Source: Pseudomonadota bacterium (GTDB lineage: Bacteria > Pseudomonadota > Gammaproteobacteria > Steroidobacterales > Steroidobacteraceae). Taken from it: a DNA stretch of 64,000 bases. The position numbers were made by a program, and so were the translations under genes. The stretch is from positions 17,427 to 81,426 of the forward strand of contig QGVD02000008.1 in NCBI GenBank assembly GCA_003242685.2, given 5' to 3'. Of the stretch, positions 1-9,691 are shown piece after piece. The notes under the pieces were generated by a model, which searched no databases, had not been told where the DNA came from, and saw only the letters and a list, made by a program, of their open reading frames with translations. How positions within the stretch are numbered: the first letter of the stretch is position 1; every line of letters begins with the position of its first letter.

Positions 1-406
1 TTCCCCGTTCACCGTAGCGGTCCACCAGATAGATCAGAGAGCCTCCGATGCCCTCGATCGACGGAATGTTGAGCTCCATGGGTCCGGCGGTCTGCGGTCC
101 CGGCTTCGCCCCGAGCTCAAGCGCCCGGCGGTACGCATAGGCCGCGTCCCGCACGCGGAACGCCATCGCGCATGCGGAAGGTCCGTGCTGCCGCGCGAAG
201 GCCTGTGCGTAGCTGTCGGGCTCGGCGTTGATGATGAAGTTGATGTCGCCCTGCCGGTGCAGCGTGACGTTCTTGCTGCGGTGGCGCGCGACGACGGGAA
301 AGCCGAGCCGCTCGAACAGCGTACGCAGGAGCTGGGGATCCGGTGCGGTGTATTCGACGAACTCGAATCCGTCCGTGCCCATGGGGTTGTCGTGAATCTC
401 GCCCAT
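1..406 (-). CDS. hppD: 4-hydroxyphenylpyruvate dioxygenase, N-terminal 135 aa (3' part lies outside the window)
   Basis: Minus-strand translation from ATG at 406 gives MGEIHDNPMGTDGFEFVEYTAPDP...HRSKNVTLHRQGDINFIINAEP...GPSACAMAFRV...GPMELNIPSIEGIGGSLIYLVDRYG, the conserved HppD N-terminus. It is absent from the ORF track because there is no stop in the window. Confidence 0.9.
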   Translation of the reverse strand, partial: MGEIHDNPMGTDGFEFVEYTAPDPQLLRTLFERLGFPVVARHRSKNVTLHRQGDINFIINAEPDSYAQAFARQHGPSACAMAFRVRDAAYAYRRALELGAKPGPQTAGPMELNIPSIEGIGGSLIYLVDRYGERG

Positions 407-434
407 GATCGCCCTCCACACCGAGAGGCGGAAT

Positions 435-452
435 TAGTTACACTTGTAACCA
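435..452. promoter_or_regulatory. candidate MarR-type operator, inverted repeat GTTACA-CT-TGTAAC (perfect core 437-450)
   Basis: Only AT-rich patch in the 68-nt hppD/marR divergent gap. Perfect 6+6 palindrome. TATACT at 454-459 could be a -10 for the marR-family gene. Confidence 0.35.
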
Positions 453-474
453 TTATACTCCTCGAGGACCGGTC

Positions 475-993
475 GTGAGCACCCGCGGAATGAGCCGGAC
501 GCAGCGACTCCAGCTCGATCGCTTCCTGCCCTATCGGCTGTCGGTGCTCGCGAACGTCGTGAGCACGGCCATCGCGGGTGCCTATCAGCAGCGTTTCGGG
601 CTCACGATTCCGGAGTGGCGCGTGCTCGCCGTGCTCGCATCCACACCCGATCTCTCCGCCGCGGAAGTCGCGCAGCGCACCGCCATGGACAAGGTCGCGG
701 TGAGCCGCGCGGTGAGCTCGCTGCTGCGCGCGGGCCGTCTCGAGCGGCGTGTCGCGGCGAACGACAGGCGCCGTTCGCTGCTGCGGCTCTCGCCCGCGGG
801 TCATCGCGTGTATTCGCAGGTCGTGCCGTTCGCGCTGCGCTACGAATGCGAGCTCATCCGGCCGCTCAGCGAGCGCGAACGCGCGGTGCTCGATCGTGTG
901 CTGCGCGTGCTGCTCGGCCGCGCCGCGGAGATCGGTCCGGTGCACGCGGAAGGCGCGTCGCCCGCGAACCGCGGACGGGGGCAGGGTCTATAA
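475..993 (+). CDS. MarR-family transcriptional regulator (GTG 475; alternative ATG 490)
   Basis: Winged-HTH pattern LSAAEVAQRTAMDKVAVSRAVSSLLRAGRLERR...DRRRSLLRLSPAG. Divergent from hppD. Confidence 0.85.
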   Translation: MSTRGMSRTQRLQLDRFLPYRLSVLANVVSTAIAGAYQQRFGLTIPEWRVLAVLASTPDLSAAEVAQRTAMDKVAVSRAVSSLLRAGRLERRVAANDRRRSLLRLSPAGHRVYSQVVPFALRYECELIRPLSERERAVLDRVLRVLLGRAAEIGPVHAEGASPANRGRGQGL

Positions 994-1001
994 TCCTTTG
1001 C

Positions 1002-1023
1002 GCATCCGCGCGCCGGCGGATGC
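1002..1023 (+). terminator. hairpin GCATCCGC-N6-GCGGATGC after the marR-family gene (no U-run)
   Basis: Perfect 8-bp stem seen directly. It lies 9 nt after the stop at 993 and 17 nt before the next start. Confidence 0.3.
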
Positions 1024-1039
1024 GACTCGGAGTGCGTCA

Positions 1040-2125
1040 ATGACCTTGAAGACCGTAGCCGAGTTCGAGATCCAGTATCACCAGCTGCTCGATCCTTCCG
1101 GCAAACCGACCGGACCGCTGCCGCCGTTCGCGGAGGACGCGCAGGAGATGCTGAAGATGTACCGCCTGATGACGCTCGTGCGCGTCTTCGACACCAAGGC
1201 GGTGAATCTGCAGCGCACCGGCAAGCTCGGAACGTACGCTTCGTGTCTCGGTCACGAGGCGACCCACGTCGGCGTCGGCGCGGCGATGCGCCCCGACGAC
1301 GTGCTCGTTCCCGTCTATCGCGAGTACGGTGCGCAGTTCTGGCGCGGCGTGAAGATGACGAACGTGCTGCTCTACTGGGGCGGCGACGAGCGCGGCAACG
1401 ACTTCACAGCGTCGCGCCACGATTTCGCATGGGCGGTGCCCATCGGCTCGCAGACGCTGCACGCGGCAGGAGTCGCCATGGCGATGAAGATCCGCGGCGA
1501 GAAGCGCTGCGCGCTCACGTTCATCGGCGACGGCGGCACCTCGCAGGGCGCGTTCTACGAAGCGCTCAATCTCGCGGGCGCGCGCTCGCTGCCCGTCGTC
1601 TTCGTGATCGTGAACAACAAGTGGGCGATCTCCGTCCCCATCGAGGCCCAGACGGCGACGCGCACGCTCGCGCAGAAGGCGATCGCCGCGGGAATTCCCG
1701 GCGTGCAGGTCGACGGCAACGACGTGATCGCGGTGCGCCACGTCACGGCCGAAGCGCTCGCGAGAGCGCGCGACGGCGGCGGACCCACGGTGATCGAGGC
1801 GGTCACCTACCGGCTGAGCGATCACACGACGGCGGACGATGCCTCGCGCTACCGGCGGGCGGAGGAAGTGAAGAAGGCGTGGACCGTCGAGCCTCTCATC
1901 CGTCTGCGCACTTTCCTCAAGGACCGCGGTCTCTGGGACGACGAGCGCGAGGAAGAGCTCAAGGCCGAATGTGCCCGCGAGGTCGATGCCGCCGTCGAGG
2001 AGTACCTGAACACACCCAAGCAGTCGACCGACGCGATGTTCGACTACCTCTTCGCGCGGCTGCCCAGGAACGTGCGCGAGCAGCGCGAGATGGCGCGGCG
2101 CTACGCCGCATCCAGCGGTCACTGA
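1040..2125 (+). CDS. 2-oxo-acid dehydrogenase E1 component, alpha subunit (TPP-dependent, heterotetrameric BCKDH/PDH type)
   Basis: MTLKTVAEFEIQYHQLLD... with TPP motif GDGGTSQGAFYEALNLAG...VVFVIVNNKWAIS. The ORF-track entry 749-2125 has a spurious N-terminal extension. Confidence 0.9.
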   Translation: MTLKTVAEFEIQYHQLLDPSGKPTGPLPPFAEDAQEMLKMYRLMTLVRVFDTKAVNLQRTGKLGTYASCLGHEATHVGVGAAMRPDDVLVPVYREYGAQFWRGVKMTNVLLYWGGDERGNDFTASRHDFAWAVPIGSQTLHAAGVAMAMKIRGEKRCALTFIGDGGTSQGAFYEALNLAGARSLPVVFVIVNNKWAISVPIEAQTATRTLAQKAIAAGIPGVQVDGNDVIAVRHVTAEALARARDGGGPTVIEAVTYRLSDHTTADDASRYRRAEEVKKAWTVEPLIRLRTFLKDRGLWDDEREEELKAECAREVDAAVEEYLNTPKQSTDAMFDYLFARLPRNVREQREMARRYAASSGH

Positions 2126-2142
2126 GCGGCGCGGGAAGAGCA

Positions 2143-3120
2143 ATGGCGAAAGTCACGATGATCGAAGCCATCAACCTCGCCCACGCGTGGGAGATGGCGC
2201 ACGACCCCACCGTCGTCGTGCTCGGCGAGGACGTCGGCGTGAACGGCGGAGTGTTCCGCGCGACGGCGGGTCTCCTGGAGAGATTCGGCAAGGACCGCGT
2301 GCAGGACACGCCGCTCGCCGAAGGCATGATCGCCGGCATGTCGATCGGCATGGCGAGCCAGGGTCTGCGGCCCGTGGCGGAGATCCAGTTCATGGGATTC
2401 ATCTATCCCGCGATGGATCAGATCGCCAACCACATGGCGCGCATGCGCAACCGGACGCGCGGCCGCATCACGCTGCCCATCGTGCTGCGCATGCCGCACG
2501 GCGGCGGCATCCACGCGCCGGAGCACCACTCCGAGAGTCTCGAAGCGATGCTCGCGCATCACGCGGGGCTGCGCGTCGTGTGTCCCTCCTCGCCGGCACG
2601 CGCGTACGGGCTCCTGCTCGCGGCGATCCGCGATCCGGACCCGGTCATCTTCCTCGAGCCGGTGCGGCTCTACCGCCTCGTGCGTCAGGAAGTGGCGGAC
2701 GACGGTCATGCGCTGCCGCTCGACGTGTGTTTCCGGCTGCGCGAGGGCACGGACGTCACGATCGTCACCTGGGGTGCGATGACCTTCGAGGTCATGCGCG
2801 CCGCGGATCAGCTCCAGAGGGACGGTATCAGCTGCGAGGTGATAGACCTCGCCACGATCTCGCCCATCGATCACGACACCATCCTCGAGTCGGTGGCGAA
2901 GACGGGACGGCTGGTGATCGTCCACGAAGCGGCGCGCAACTGCGGGGTGGGCGCGGAGATTGCCGCCACGGTGGCCGAACGCGGCCTGTACGACCTGCAG
3001 GCTCCCATCAAGCGCGTGACGGGATACGACACCATCATGCCGCTCTTCAGACTCGAGTACGACTACATCCCGAGCGTCGCACGCATCATGGACGCCGTGC
3101 GCGAGACGCTCGCCGAATGA
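2143..3120 (+). CDS. 2-oxo-acid dehydrogenase E1 component, beta subunit
   Basis: MAKVTMIEAINLAHAWEM...VVLGEDVGVNGGVFRAT...DTPLAEGMIAG. ATG lies 18 nt after the alpha-subunit stop. Confidence 0.9.
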   Translation: MAKVTMIEAINLAHAWEMAHDPTVVVLGEDVGVNGGVFRATAGLLERFGKDRVQDTPLAEGMIAGMSIGMASQGLRPVAEIQFMGFIYPAMDQIANHMARMRNRTRGRITLPIVLRMPHGGGIHAPEHHSESLEAMLAHHAGLRVVCPSSPARAYGLLLAAIRDPDPVIFLEPVRLYRLVRQEVADDGHALPLDVCFRLREGTDVTIVTWGAMTFEVMRAADQLQRDGISCEVIDLATISPIDHDTILESVAKTGRLVIVHEAARNCGVGAEIAATVAERGLYDLQAPIKRVTGYDTIMPLFRLEYDYIPSVARIMDAVRETLAE

Positions 3121-3150
3121 CGACGGCTGCTGCGGGATGAGGAGGCGCCG

Positions 3151-4386
3151 ATGACCACTTTCAATCTACCCGATCTCGGCGAAGGGCTCGCCGAAGCCGA
3201 GATCGTGCGCTGGCACGTCTCGGTAGGCGATCGCGTAAAGGTGGATCAGCCGATGGTGGCCATCGAGACGGCCAAGGCCGTCGTGGAGGTCCCTTCGCCC
3301 TACTCGGGAGTCATCAAGGCGTTGCACGGCAAGCCCGGCGACGTGATCGCAACCGGCTCACCGCTCGTCGAATTCGAGCTGGATGCCCCGGAGAGCGCGC
3401 CGCGTGCCCCGGAGCCCAAGGCTCCCGACCCGCGCAAGGCCGACGACTCGGGCACCGTCGTCGGCAGCATGCCGACGAGCGACGAGGAGCTGATAGAAAC
3501 GGCGGTCGCAGGCGGCCAGGCGCCGCAGCCCCAGCAGCGCGTGCGGGCTGCCCCTGCGGTGCGTGCTCTCGCGAAGCGCCTCGGTGTGGACCTCACGCGC
3601 ATCCGCGGCAGCGGACGCGGCGGGCTCATCACCGTCGATGACGTGATGAACGCGTCGGGACCGACGGGCATGCACGCCGCTGCGGCGGCGACGGCGCTGC
3701 GCGAGAGCGTGCCGGCGGCGCGTCCCGGCGTCACGCCGGCTCCGGTGAGCGGCGAGGCCGAGAAGCTGCGCGGCCTGCGCCGGGCCATGGCGCAGAGCAT
3801 GAGCCTCGCGCGCGACAACGTCGCGAGCTGCACGCTCTTCGACGATGCCGATCTTCATCGCTGGCGTCCCGGTCAGGACATCACCGCGCGCCTGCTGCGC
3901 GCGATCGCCGCGGGTTGCCGCGCGGAGCCGGGACTCAATGCGTGGTACGACGGGAACGAGCAGACGCGAAGGCTCATGCCGCGCATCGACGTCGGCATCG
4001 CCGTCGACACACCCGAGGGCCTGCTCGTGCCGGTGGTGAGAGACGTGGGCTCGCGCAGCGCGGCCGAGCTGCGCGCGGAGGTGGATCGTCTCAAGCGCGG
4101 CGCGCGCGAGCGGAGTCTCGCGCCCGAGGAGCTGCGCGACTTCACCTTCATGCTGTCGAACTTCGGGATGATCGCAGGGCGTTACGCCACGCCGGTCGTC
4201 GTTCCTCCGGCGGTTGCGATCCTCGGCGCCGGGCGCCTCAGTCACGACGTCGTTGCCGTCATGGGCGGCATCGAGGCGCACCTGCGCATGCCGCTTTCAC
4301 TCACCTTCGATCACCGCTGCATCACGGGCGGCGAAGCCGCCCGCTTCCTCGCGGCGGTCATTCGCGATCTCGAACAGGACGACTGA
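3151..4386 (+). CDS. dihydrolipoamide acyltransferase (E2)
   Basis: Lipoyl motif IETAKAVVEVPSP, subunit-binding AAPAVRALAKRLGVDLTRIRGSGRGGLIT, catalytic DHRCITGGEAARF. GAGGAGG RBS. Confidence 0.9.
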   Translation: MTTFNLPDLGEGLAEAEIVRWHVSVGDRVKVDQPMVAIETAKAVVEVPSPYSGVIKALHGKPGDVIATGSPLVEFELDAPESAPRAPEPKAPDPRKADDSGTVVGSMPTSDEELIETAVAGGQAPQPQQRVRAAPAVRALAKRLGVDLTRIRGSGRGGLITVDDVMNASGPTGMHAAAAATALRESVPAARPGVTPAPVSGEAEKLRGLRRAMAQSMSLARDNVASCTLFDDADLHRWRPGQDITARLLRAIAAGCRAEPGLNAWYDGNEQTRRLMPRIDVGIAVDTPEGLLVPVVRDVGSRSAAELRAEVDRLKRGARERSLAPEELRDFTFMLSNFGMIAGRYATPVVVPPAVAILGAGRLSHDVVAVMGGIEAHLRMPLSLTFDHRCITGGEAARFLAAVIRDLEQDD

Positions 4387-4388
4387 TC

Positions 4389-7300
4389 TTGGACGCAGCT
4401 ACCGCGCCCGAGCAGGCGGGCACTCTGCGAGGCATACCTGCGGCACGCATCGAACTCATCGAGCGCATCGTCGCGGCCGCGCGCCGCGCCGGCAGGCGCA
4501 GCGACAACCCGAATCTCAGACGGGAGTTCCTGCGCGCCTACTTCCGCGGCGTGGCGGAAGAGGACCTGCGCGCGCGCGAGCCGGAGGCGCTCGCCTCCGC
4601 GGCGCTCGCCCATCTCGAGCTCGGCATGCGCCGCGCGCCCGGCCGCGCGCTGATCCGCGTGTTCAATCCCGATCCGCAGCGCGACGGGTTCACCTCGCCG
4701 CACACGATCGTGCTCGTCGTCACCGACGACATGCCGTTCCTCGTGGACTCGCTCGGCATCGTCTTCGACCGCGCCGACGTCGCCGTGCACCTCATCGTGC
4801 ACCCGGTGCTCGCCGTGCGCCGCGAGCGCAACGGAAGGCTCACGGATGCGCGCGCCGCGGGCACGATTCAGGGCCGAGCGGAATCCTGGCAGATGTACGA
4901 GATCGATCGCCAGATCGATCCGGAGCGCATCGCGGCGCTCGAGCGCGGCATCGAATCTGCGCTCGCCGACGTGCGGGCGGCCGTCGAGGACTGGATGCCG
5001 ATGCGCGAGCGCGTGCGCGAGATCGTCGCGCGTCTCGAAAGCGATCCGCCGCCCCTGGATCAGAGCGAGGTGAGCGAAGCGCGGCGGCTCCTCGACTGGA
5101 TCGAGGCCGCGCACTTCGTGTTCCTCGGCTACCGCTATTACCGGCTCGAGCGCGGACGCGCGGTGGACCGTCTCGTGCCGGTCGAGAAGACGGGTCTCGG
5201 CATCCTGCGGACACCGCGGCGCGACCGCAGACGGCCCGCGCCTCTCGAGCTGCGCGGCGAGCTGCGCCGGCATGCGCGCAAGCGCGAGCTGCTCGTGCTC
5301 ACCAAGGCGAATTCACTCGCGACGGTGCATCGCTCGACGTACCTCGACTACGTCGGCGTGAAGGACTTCGATGCACGCGGCGAAGTCTGCGGCGAGCACC
5401 GTTTCCTGGGACTCTGGACCTCGGCTGCCTACCACAGCAGCCCGCGCGAGATTCCGGTGCTGCGCCGGAAGGTCGAGAGCGTGATCGACTACTTCGGACT
5501 CGATCCGCAGAGCCATGACGGCAAGGCCGTCCTCAACGTGCTCGAGACCTATCCGCGCGACGAGCTCTTCCAGGCGAGCGCCGAAGAGCTGATCCACATC
5601 GTGCGCGGGGTCGTGAACCTCTACGAGCGCCGCACGGTGCGGCTGCTCGTGCGGCGCGATCCCTTCCGCCGCTTCTACTCGTGTCTCGTGTACGTGCCTC
5701 GCGACCGCTACAACACGGAAGTCCGGCACCGGATCGAGGAGATCGTCCGCGAGAGCTTCGGCGGACGGACGCTCGAGACACAGGTCCAGATCTCGGAGTC
5801 GAACCACGCGCGGCTGCACATCATCGTGCGCACCGATCCCGAGGACCGCCGCAGGGTGGACCTCCAGGCAGTCGAGCAGCGCATCGCGGAGGCGGCGACC
5901 ACTTGGATCGACCGGCTGCTGGCGGCGCTCGCATCCGCTCACGACGAGGCGCAGGCTCTCGCGCTCGCGAACCGCTACCGGAACGCATTCCCCATGTCCT
6001 ATCAGGAGGACGTGGAGCCGCGCGACGCGCTCGAGGACCTCGCGGATCTCGAAGCTCTGAAGAGCGACCCGCAGGCGCTGCGGCTCAATCTCCACCGCCC
6101 GGCGTATCAGCGGCCCGAGCGCGTGCACCTGAAGATCGTCAAGCGCGGCGATCCGGTGCCCATCTCCGACATCCTGCCGGTGATGGAGAACTTCGGTCTG
6201 CGCGTGATCGCCGAGCGTCCCTACGAGCTCGCGTGGCCCGAAGGCGGCAGCGCGTGGATCCAGGATTTCGAGCTCGAGCATCGCGCCGGCGTGAAGATCG
6301 ACGTCGCGAGCGTCGAGGACGCGTTCAAGGAGATGCTGCAGGGCATCTGGCGCGGCGAGATCGAGAACGACGGACTCAACCGGCTGCTCCTCGGCGCCGG
6401 GCTCGTCGCGCGGCAGATCGTCGTGCTGCGCGCGTACTGCCGCTACCTCATGCAGACCGGCATGCCGTTCAGCCAGGCGTACATCGATCGCGCGCTCGCC
6501 GCGAACCCCGCAGTGGCCCGCGATCTCGTGCAGCTCTTCGAGCTGCTCTTCGATCCCGGCAGACGGCGCGATCCGAGGCGGGTCGAGCGCACGGTGGAAG
6601 CCATCCGCTCGGCGCTCGATGCGGTTGCGAGCGTCGACGAGGACCGCATCCTGCGCGCGTATCTGCACATGATCCTCGCGACGCTGCGGACCAACCACTG
6701 GCAGACCGACGCCTCGGGCAACCCCAAGCCCTATCTCTCCTTCAAGTTCGATCCGCAGCGCCTGCCGGAGCTGCCCGCCCCGCGGCCGAAGTTCGAGATC
6801 TTCGTCTACAGCCCGCGCGTCGAAGGCGTGCACCTGCGCATGGGCTACGTGGCGCGCGGCGGCATCCGCTGGTCCGACCGGCGCGAGGACTTCCGCACCG
6901 AGATCCTGGGCCTCATGAAGGCCCAGAACGTGAAGAACACGCTGATCGTGCCGGTCGGCGCGAAAGGCGGCTTCGTCGTGAAGCGCCCGCCCGCGGGCTC
7001 GCGCGAGGAGCTGCAGCGCGAGGTCGTGGAGTGCTACCGCATCTTCATCCGCGGCCTGCTCGATCTCACCGACAACATCGTCGGCGGACGCATCGTGCCG
7101 CCCGCGCGCACCGTGCGCCACGACGGCGACGATGCCTATCTCGTCGTCGCTGCGGACAAGGGCACCGCCACGTTCTCCGACATCGCGAACGCGCTGTCCG
7201 AGGAATACGGCTTCTGGCTCGGCGACGCGTTCGCGTCGGGCGGCTCCGCGGGTTACGACCACAAGAAGATGGGCATCACCGCCCGCGGCGCGTGGGAGTG

Positions 7301-9242
7301 CGTCAAGCGGCACTTCCGCGAGCTCGGCATCGACATCCAGTCGCAGGACTTCACCGTCGCGGGCATCGGCGACATGTCGGGCGACGTGTTCGGCAACGGC
7401 ATGCTGCTCTCGAAGCACATCCGTCTGCTCGCCGCCTTCAATCACCAGCACATCTTTCTCGATCCCGACCCGGACGCCGCGACGAGCTACGCCGAGCGCG
7501 AACGCCTCTTCCGCCTGCCGCGATCGACGTGGGACGACTACGACCGCACGAAGCTCTCGCGCGGCGGCGGCATCTATCCGCGCAGCGCCAAGTCGATCAC
7601 GCTGTCTCCCGAGGCGCAGAAGATGCTCGGCCTGCCCTCTGCGACGGCGACGCCTCAGGAGGTCATCCGCGCGATCCTGCGCATGCCGGTCGATCTTCTC
7701 TGGAACGGCGGCATCGGCACCTACGTCAAGGCGAGCGACGAAACGCACGCGGAGATCGGCGACCGTGCCAACGACTCCGTGCGCGTGAACGGCTGCGAGC
7801 TGCGGGCCCGTGTGGTGGGTGAAGGCGGCAACCTCGGATTCTCGCAGCGGGGCCGCATCGAATACGCGCTCTCGGGCGGCCGCATCAACACGGACTTCAT
7901 CGACAACTCCGGCGGCGTCAACGCCTCGGACGTCGAGGTGAACCTCAAGATCCTGCTCAATCCGCTCGAGCAGAGCGGACGTCTGCGCCGCGCGGAACGC
8001 AACCGGCTGCTCGCGCGCATGACGGACGAAGTCGCAGGCCTCGTGCTGCGGAACAACTACCTGCAGAGCCAGGCGCTCAGCATCCTCGAGCTGCAGTCCG
8101 CCGCGCGGCTCGGCGAATACCAGCAGTTCATCCGCACGCTGGAGCGCGCCGGCGAGCTCGACCGCGCGCTCGAGTTCCTGCCGTCCGACGAGGAATTCGC
8201 CGAGCGGCGCAAGCGCGGCATCGGCCTCACGCGCCCGGAGCTCGCGATCGTCCTCGCCTACGGCAAGATCTGGCTCAACCGCCTGCTGATCGCGTCCGAC
8301 GTGCCCGAGGACCCCTATCTCTCGCACGAGCTCGAGCGCTACTTCCCCGGACCCGTGCGCGAGCGCTTCTCACGGGCCCTGCGCTCGCACCGCCTGCGCC
8401 GGGAGATCATCGCCACCGCCACCACGAACAGCCTCGTCAACCGCATGGGGCCCACGTTCGTGATGCGCGCGCAGGAGCAGACCGGCGCGGACGTCGCGCA
8501 GGTCGCGCGCGCCTACACCGCGGCGCGCGAGATCTTCGAGATGCGGCAGCTCTGGGCGCGGATCGAGGCGCTCGACAACCGCGTGCCGGCGCGTCTGCAG
8601 TACTCGATGATGTACGAGACGAGCCGTCTGCTGCGTCACATGAGCTACTGGCTGCTCGCCTACCGGCGCCGTGAGCTGCAGGTCGATCGCGCGGTGGCCG
8701 AGTTCCGTCGCGGTGTGCGCACGCTCGAATCCGCCATCGGTCGCCTGCTCGTCGGCGCCGAGCGGGAGCGTTACGAGAGCGTGCGGCGCGCGCACATCGA
8801 GGCGGGCGTGCCGGCGGAGCTCGCCGGCAGAATCGCGAGCCTCGAGGCGCACAATGCTTCGCTCGACATCGTCGATCTCGCCGCCCAGCGCGGAGTGTCG
8901 GTCGAGGAAGCCGCTCGCGTGTACTTCGAGGTCGGCGCGCGCGTCGGGCTCGACTGGCTGCGCGATCAGATCGAGCGCCTGTCGGTGGATGGACCCTGGC
9001 AGGCCGTCGCGCGCACGGGTCTGCGCGACAGTGCGTTCCGCATCCATCGCCGGCTCGCCGAGCGCGTGCTCACGCGCACGGAACGCGGCAGCGCCGAGGA
9101 GCGTGTGAATGCCTGGACGATGTCGGTCGAGAAGCTGCTCGATCACTGGCAACGCACTCTCGCCGACATGCGCGCCGCGGGCAGCGCGGACTTCGCGACG
9201 CTGTCGGTCGGCGTGGACGCGCTGCGCAAGCTCGCGGACTAG
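4389..9242 (+). CDS. gdhB: NAD-specific glutamate dehydrogenase, large (about 1600 aa) type
   Basis: 1617 codons from TTG 4389. Motifs PVGAKGGFVVKR, GGSAGYDHKKMGITARGAWE, GIGDMSGDVFGNGML. The ORF-track start at 3915 overlaps E2 and is rejected. Start is uncertain. Confidence 0.85.
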   Translation: MDAATAPEQAGTLRGIPAARIELIERIVAAARRAGRRSDNPNLRREFLRAYFRGVAEEDLRAREPEALASAALAHLELGMRRAPGRALIRVFNPDPQRDGFTSPHTIVLVVTDDMPFLVDSLGIVFDRADVAVHLIVHPVLAVRRERNGRLTDARAAGTIQGRAESWQMYEIDRQIDPERIAALERGIESALADVRAAVEDWMPMRERVREIVARLESDPPPLDQSEVSEARRLLDWIEAAHFVFLGYRYYRLERGRAVDRLVPVEKTGLGILRTPRRDRRRPAPLELRGELRRHARKRELLVLTKANSLATVHRSTYLDYVGVKDFDARGEVCGEHRFLGLWTSAAYHSSPREIPVLRRKVESVIDYFGLDPQSHDGKAVLNVLETYPRDELFQASAEELIHIVRGVVNLYERRTVRLLVRRDPFRRFYSCLVYVPRDRYNTEVRHRIEEIVRESFGGRTLETQVQISESNHARLHIIVRTDPEDRRRVDLQAVEQRIAEAATTWIDRLLAALASAHDEAQALALANRYRNAFPMSYQEDVEPRDALEDLADLEALKSDPQALRLNLHRPAYQRPERVHLKIVKRGDPVPISDILPVMENFGLRVIAERPYELAWPEGGSAWIQDFELEHRAGVKIDVASVEDAFKEMLQGIWRGEIENDGLNRLLLGAGLVARQIVVLRAYCRYLMQTGMPFSQAYIDRALAANPAVARDLVQLFELLFDPGRRRDPRRVERTVEAIRSALDAVASVDEDRILRAYLHMILATLRTNHWQTDASGNPKPYLSFKFDPQRLPELPAPRPKFEIFVYSPRVEGVHLRMGYVARGGIRWSDRREDFRTEILGLMKAQNVKNTLIVPVGAKGGFVVKRPPAGSREELQREVVECYRIFIRGLLDLTDNIVGGRIVPPARTVRHDGDDAYLVVAADKGTATFSDIANALSEEYGFWLGDAFASGGSAGYDHKKMGITARGAWECVKRHFRELGIDIQSQDFTVAGIGDMSGDVFGNGMLLSKHIRLLAAFNHQHIFLDPDPDAATSYAERERLFRLPRSTWDDYDRTKLSRGGGIYPRSAKSITLSPEAQKMLGLPSATATPQEVIRAILRMPVDLLWNGGIGTYVKASDETHAEIGDRANDSVRVNGCELRARVVGEGGNLGFSQRGRIEYALSGGRINTDFIDNSGGVNASDVEVNLKILLNPLEQSGRLRRAERNRLLARMTDEVAGLVLRNNYLQSQALSILELQSAARLGEYQQFIRTLERAGELDRALEFLPSDEEFAERRKRGIGLTRPELAIVLAYGKIWLNRLLIASDVPEDPYLSHELERYFPGPVRERFSRALRSHRLRREIIATATTNSLVNRMGPTFVMRAQEQTGADVAQVARAYTAAREIFEMRQLWARIEALDNRVPARLQYSMMYETSRLLRHMSYWLLAYRRRELQVDRAVAEFRRGVRTLESAIGRLLVGAERERYESVRRAHIEAGVPAELAGRIASLEAHNASLDIVDLAAQRGVSVEEAARVYFEVGARVGLDWLRDQIERLSVDGPWQAVARTGLRDSAFRIHRRLAERVLTRTERGSAEERVNAWTMSVEKLLDHWQRTLADMRAAGSADFATLSVGVDALRKLAD

Positions 9243-9691
9243 CCGCTGCGCAAGCTGCCGGTGAGGCGCGTCGCGAGAAGCGGCGACAGAGCGAGCAGGA
9301 CGCCGAACACGAGACCCGGTCCGGCGATGATCTCGAGCAATCCGGTCATCCCACTGACGGACGGCAGGGAAGCGGAGAGCCGTGTTCCCACCTCGAGCAG
9401 CGCGAGCGTCGCGGCGACGAGTGCGGCCGCGGCTGCCACGGAATCGAGCACGAGCATCCGGAGCAGCGCTTTCACCCAGCGCTCGAGCTGTCCGCGCGCC
9501 GAGCGGTACTCGGCGTCCGCCCGGATCTTCGCAGCCGAGAGATCCGGCTGCGGGTGAAATGCCGCCTCGGCCTCGAGCCGCGCCATGAGACGCGCCTCGA
9601 AGCCCTCACGCGTGTCGATCCCGCGGAACGCACGGCGGAGCCTGCGATCGAGATCGTCCTGTCCTGAGGCGTCCATACGCGGCGTGTTCAT
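9239..9691 (-). CDS. membrane protein, putative anti-sigma factor (no zinc-binding anti-sigma motif seen)
   Basis: ATGA start/stop overlap with the upstream ECF sigma gene (9688-9691). Hydrophobic C-terminal half (LVLDSVAAAAALVAATLALL, IIAGPGLVFGVLLALSPLL). Function assigned by position only. Confidence 0.45.
   Translation of the reverse strand: MNTPRMDASGQDDLDRRLRRAFRGIDTREGFEARLMARLEAEAAFHPQPDLSAAKIRADAEYRSARGQLERWVKALLRMLVLDSVAAAAALVAATLALLEVGTRLSASLPSVSGMTGLLEIIAGPGLVFGVLLALSPLLATRLTGSLRSG

Noticed and set aside
34-945. 303-aa minus-strand ORF spanning the hppD start, the intergenic palindrome and the MarR-family gene.
   Set aside because: It is out of frame with hppD and antisense to the MarR-family gene, and its composition is low-complexity Arg-rich.
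749-1039. N-terminal extensions offered by the ORF track. Examples: 749 for E1alpha, 1243 for E1beta, 3915 for gdh, 13251 for ferredoxin, 14676 for the kinase, 19928-21757, 25991, 33948, 42628, 51621.
   Set aside because: The extensions overlap the preceding real gene and look like out-of-frame translation. Internal starts with an RBS and family-typical N-termini were chosen instead.
5313-8327. Very long ORFs antisense to recognised genes. Examples: 5313-8327 (1004 aa, opposite gdh), 51801-54137 (778 aa, opposite iorB-like), 56023-58140, 45498-47495, 59689-61314, 24640-26370, 15028-16248.
   Set aside because: Their translations are Arg/Ala/Gly/Pro-rich with no recognisable motifs. Each lies opposite a gene with unmistakable family signatures. 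This is the expected artefact of scarce stop codons in high-GC DNA.
9239-9242. The convergent gdh and anti-sigma-candidate genes share the palindromic CTAG as both stop codons.
   Set aside because: It is real but trivial, a 4-nt stop-codon overlap with no evident regulatory meaning.
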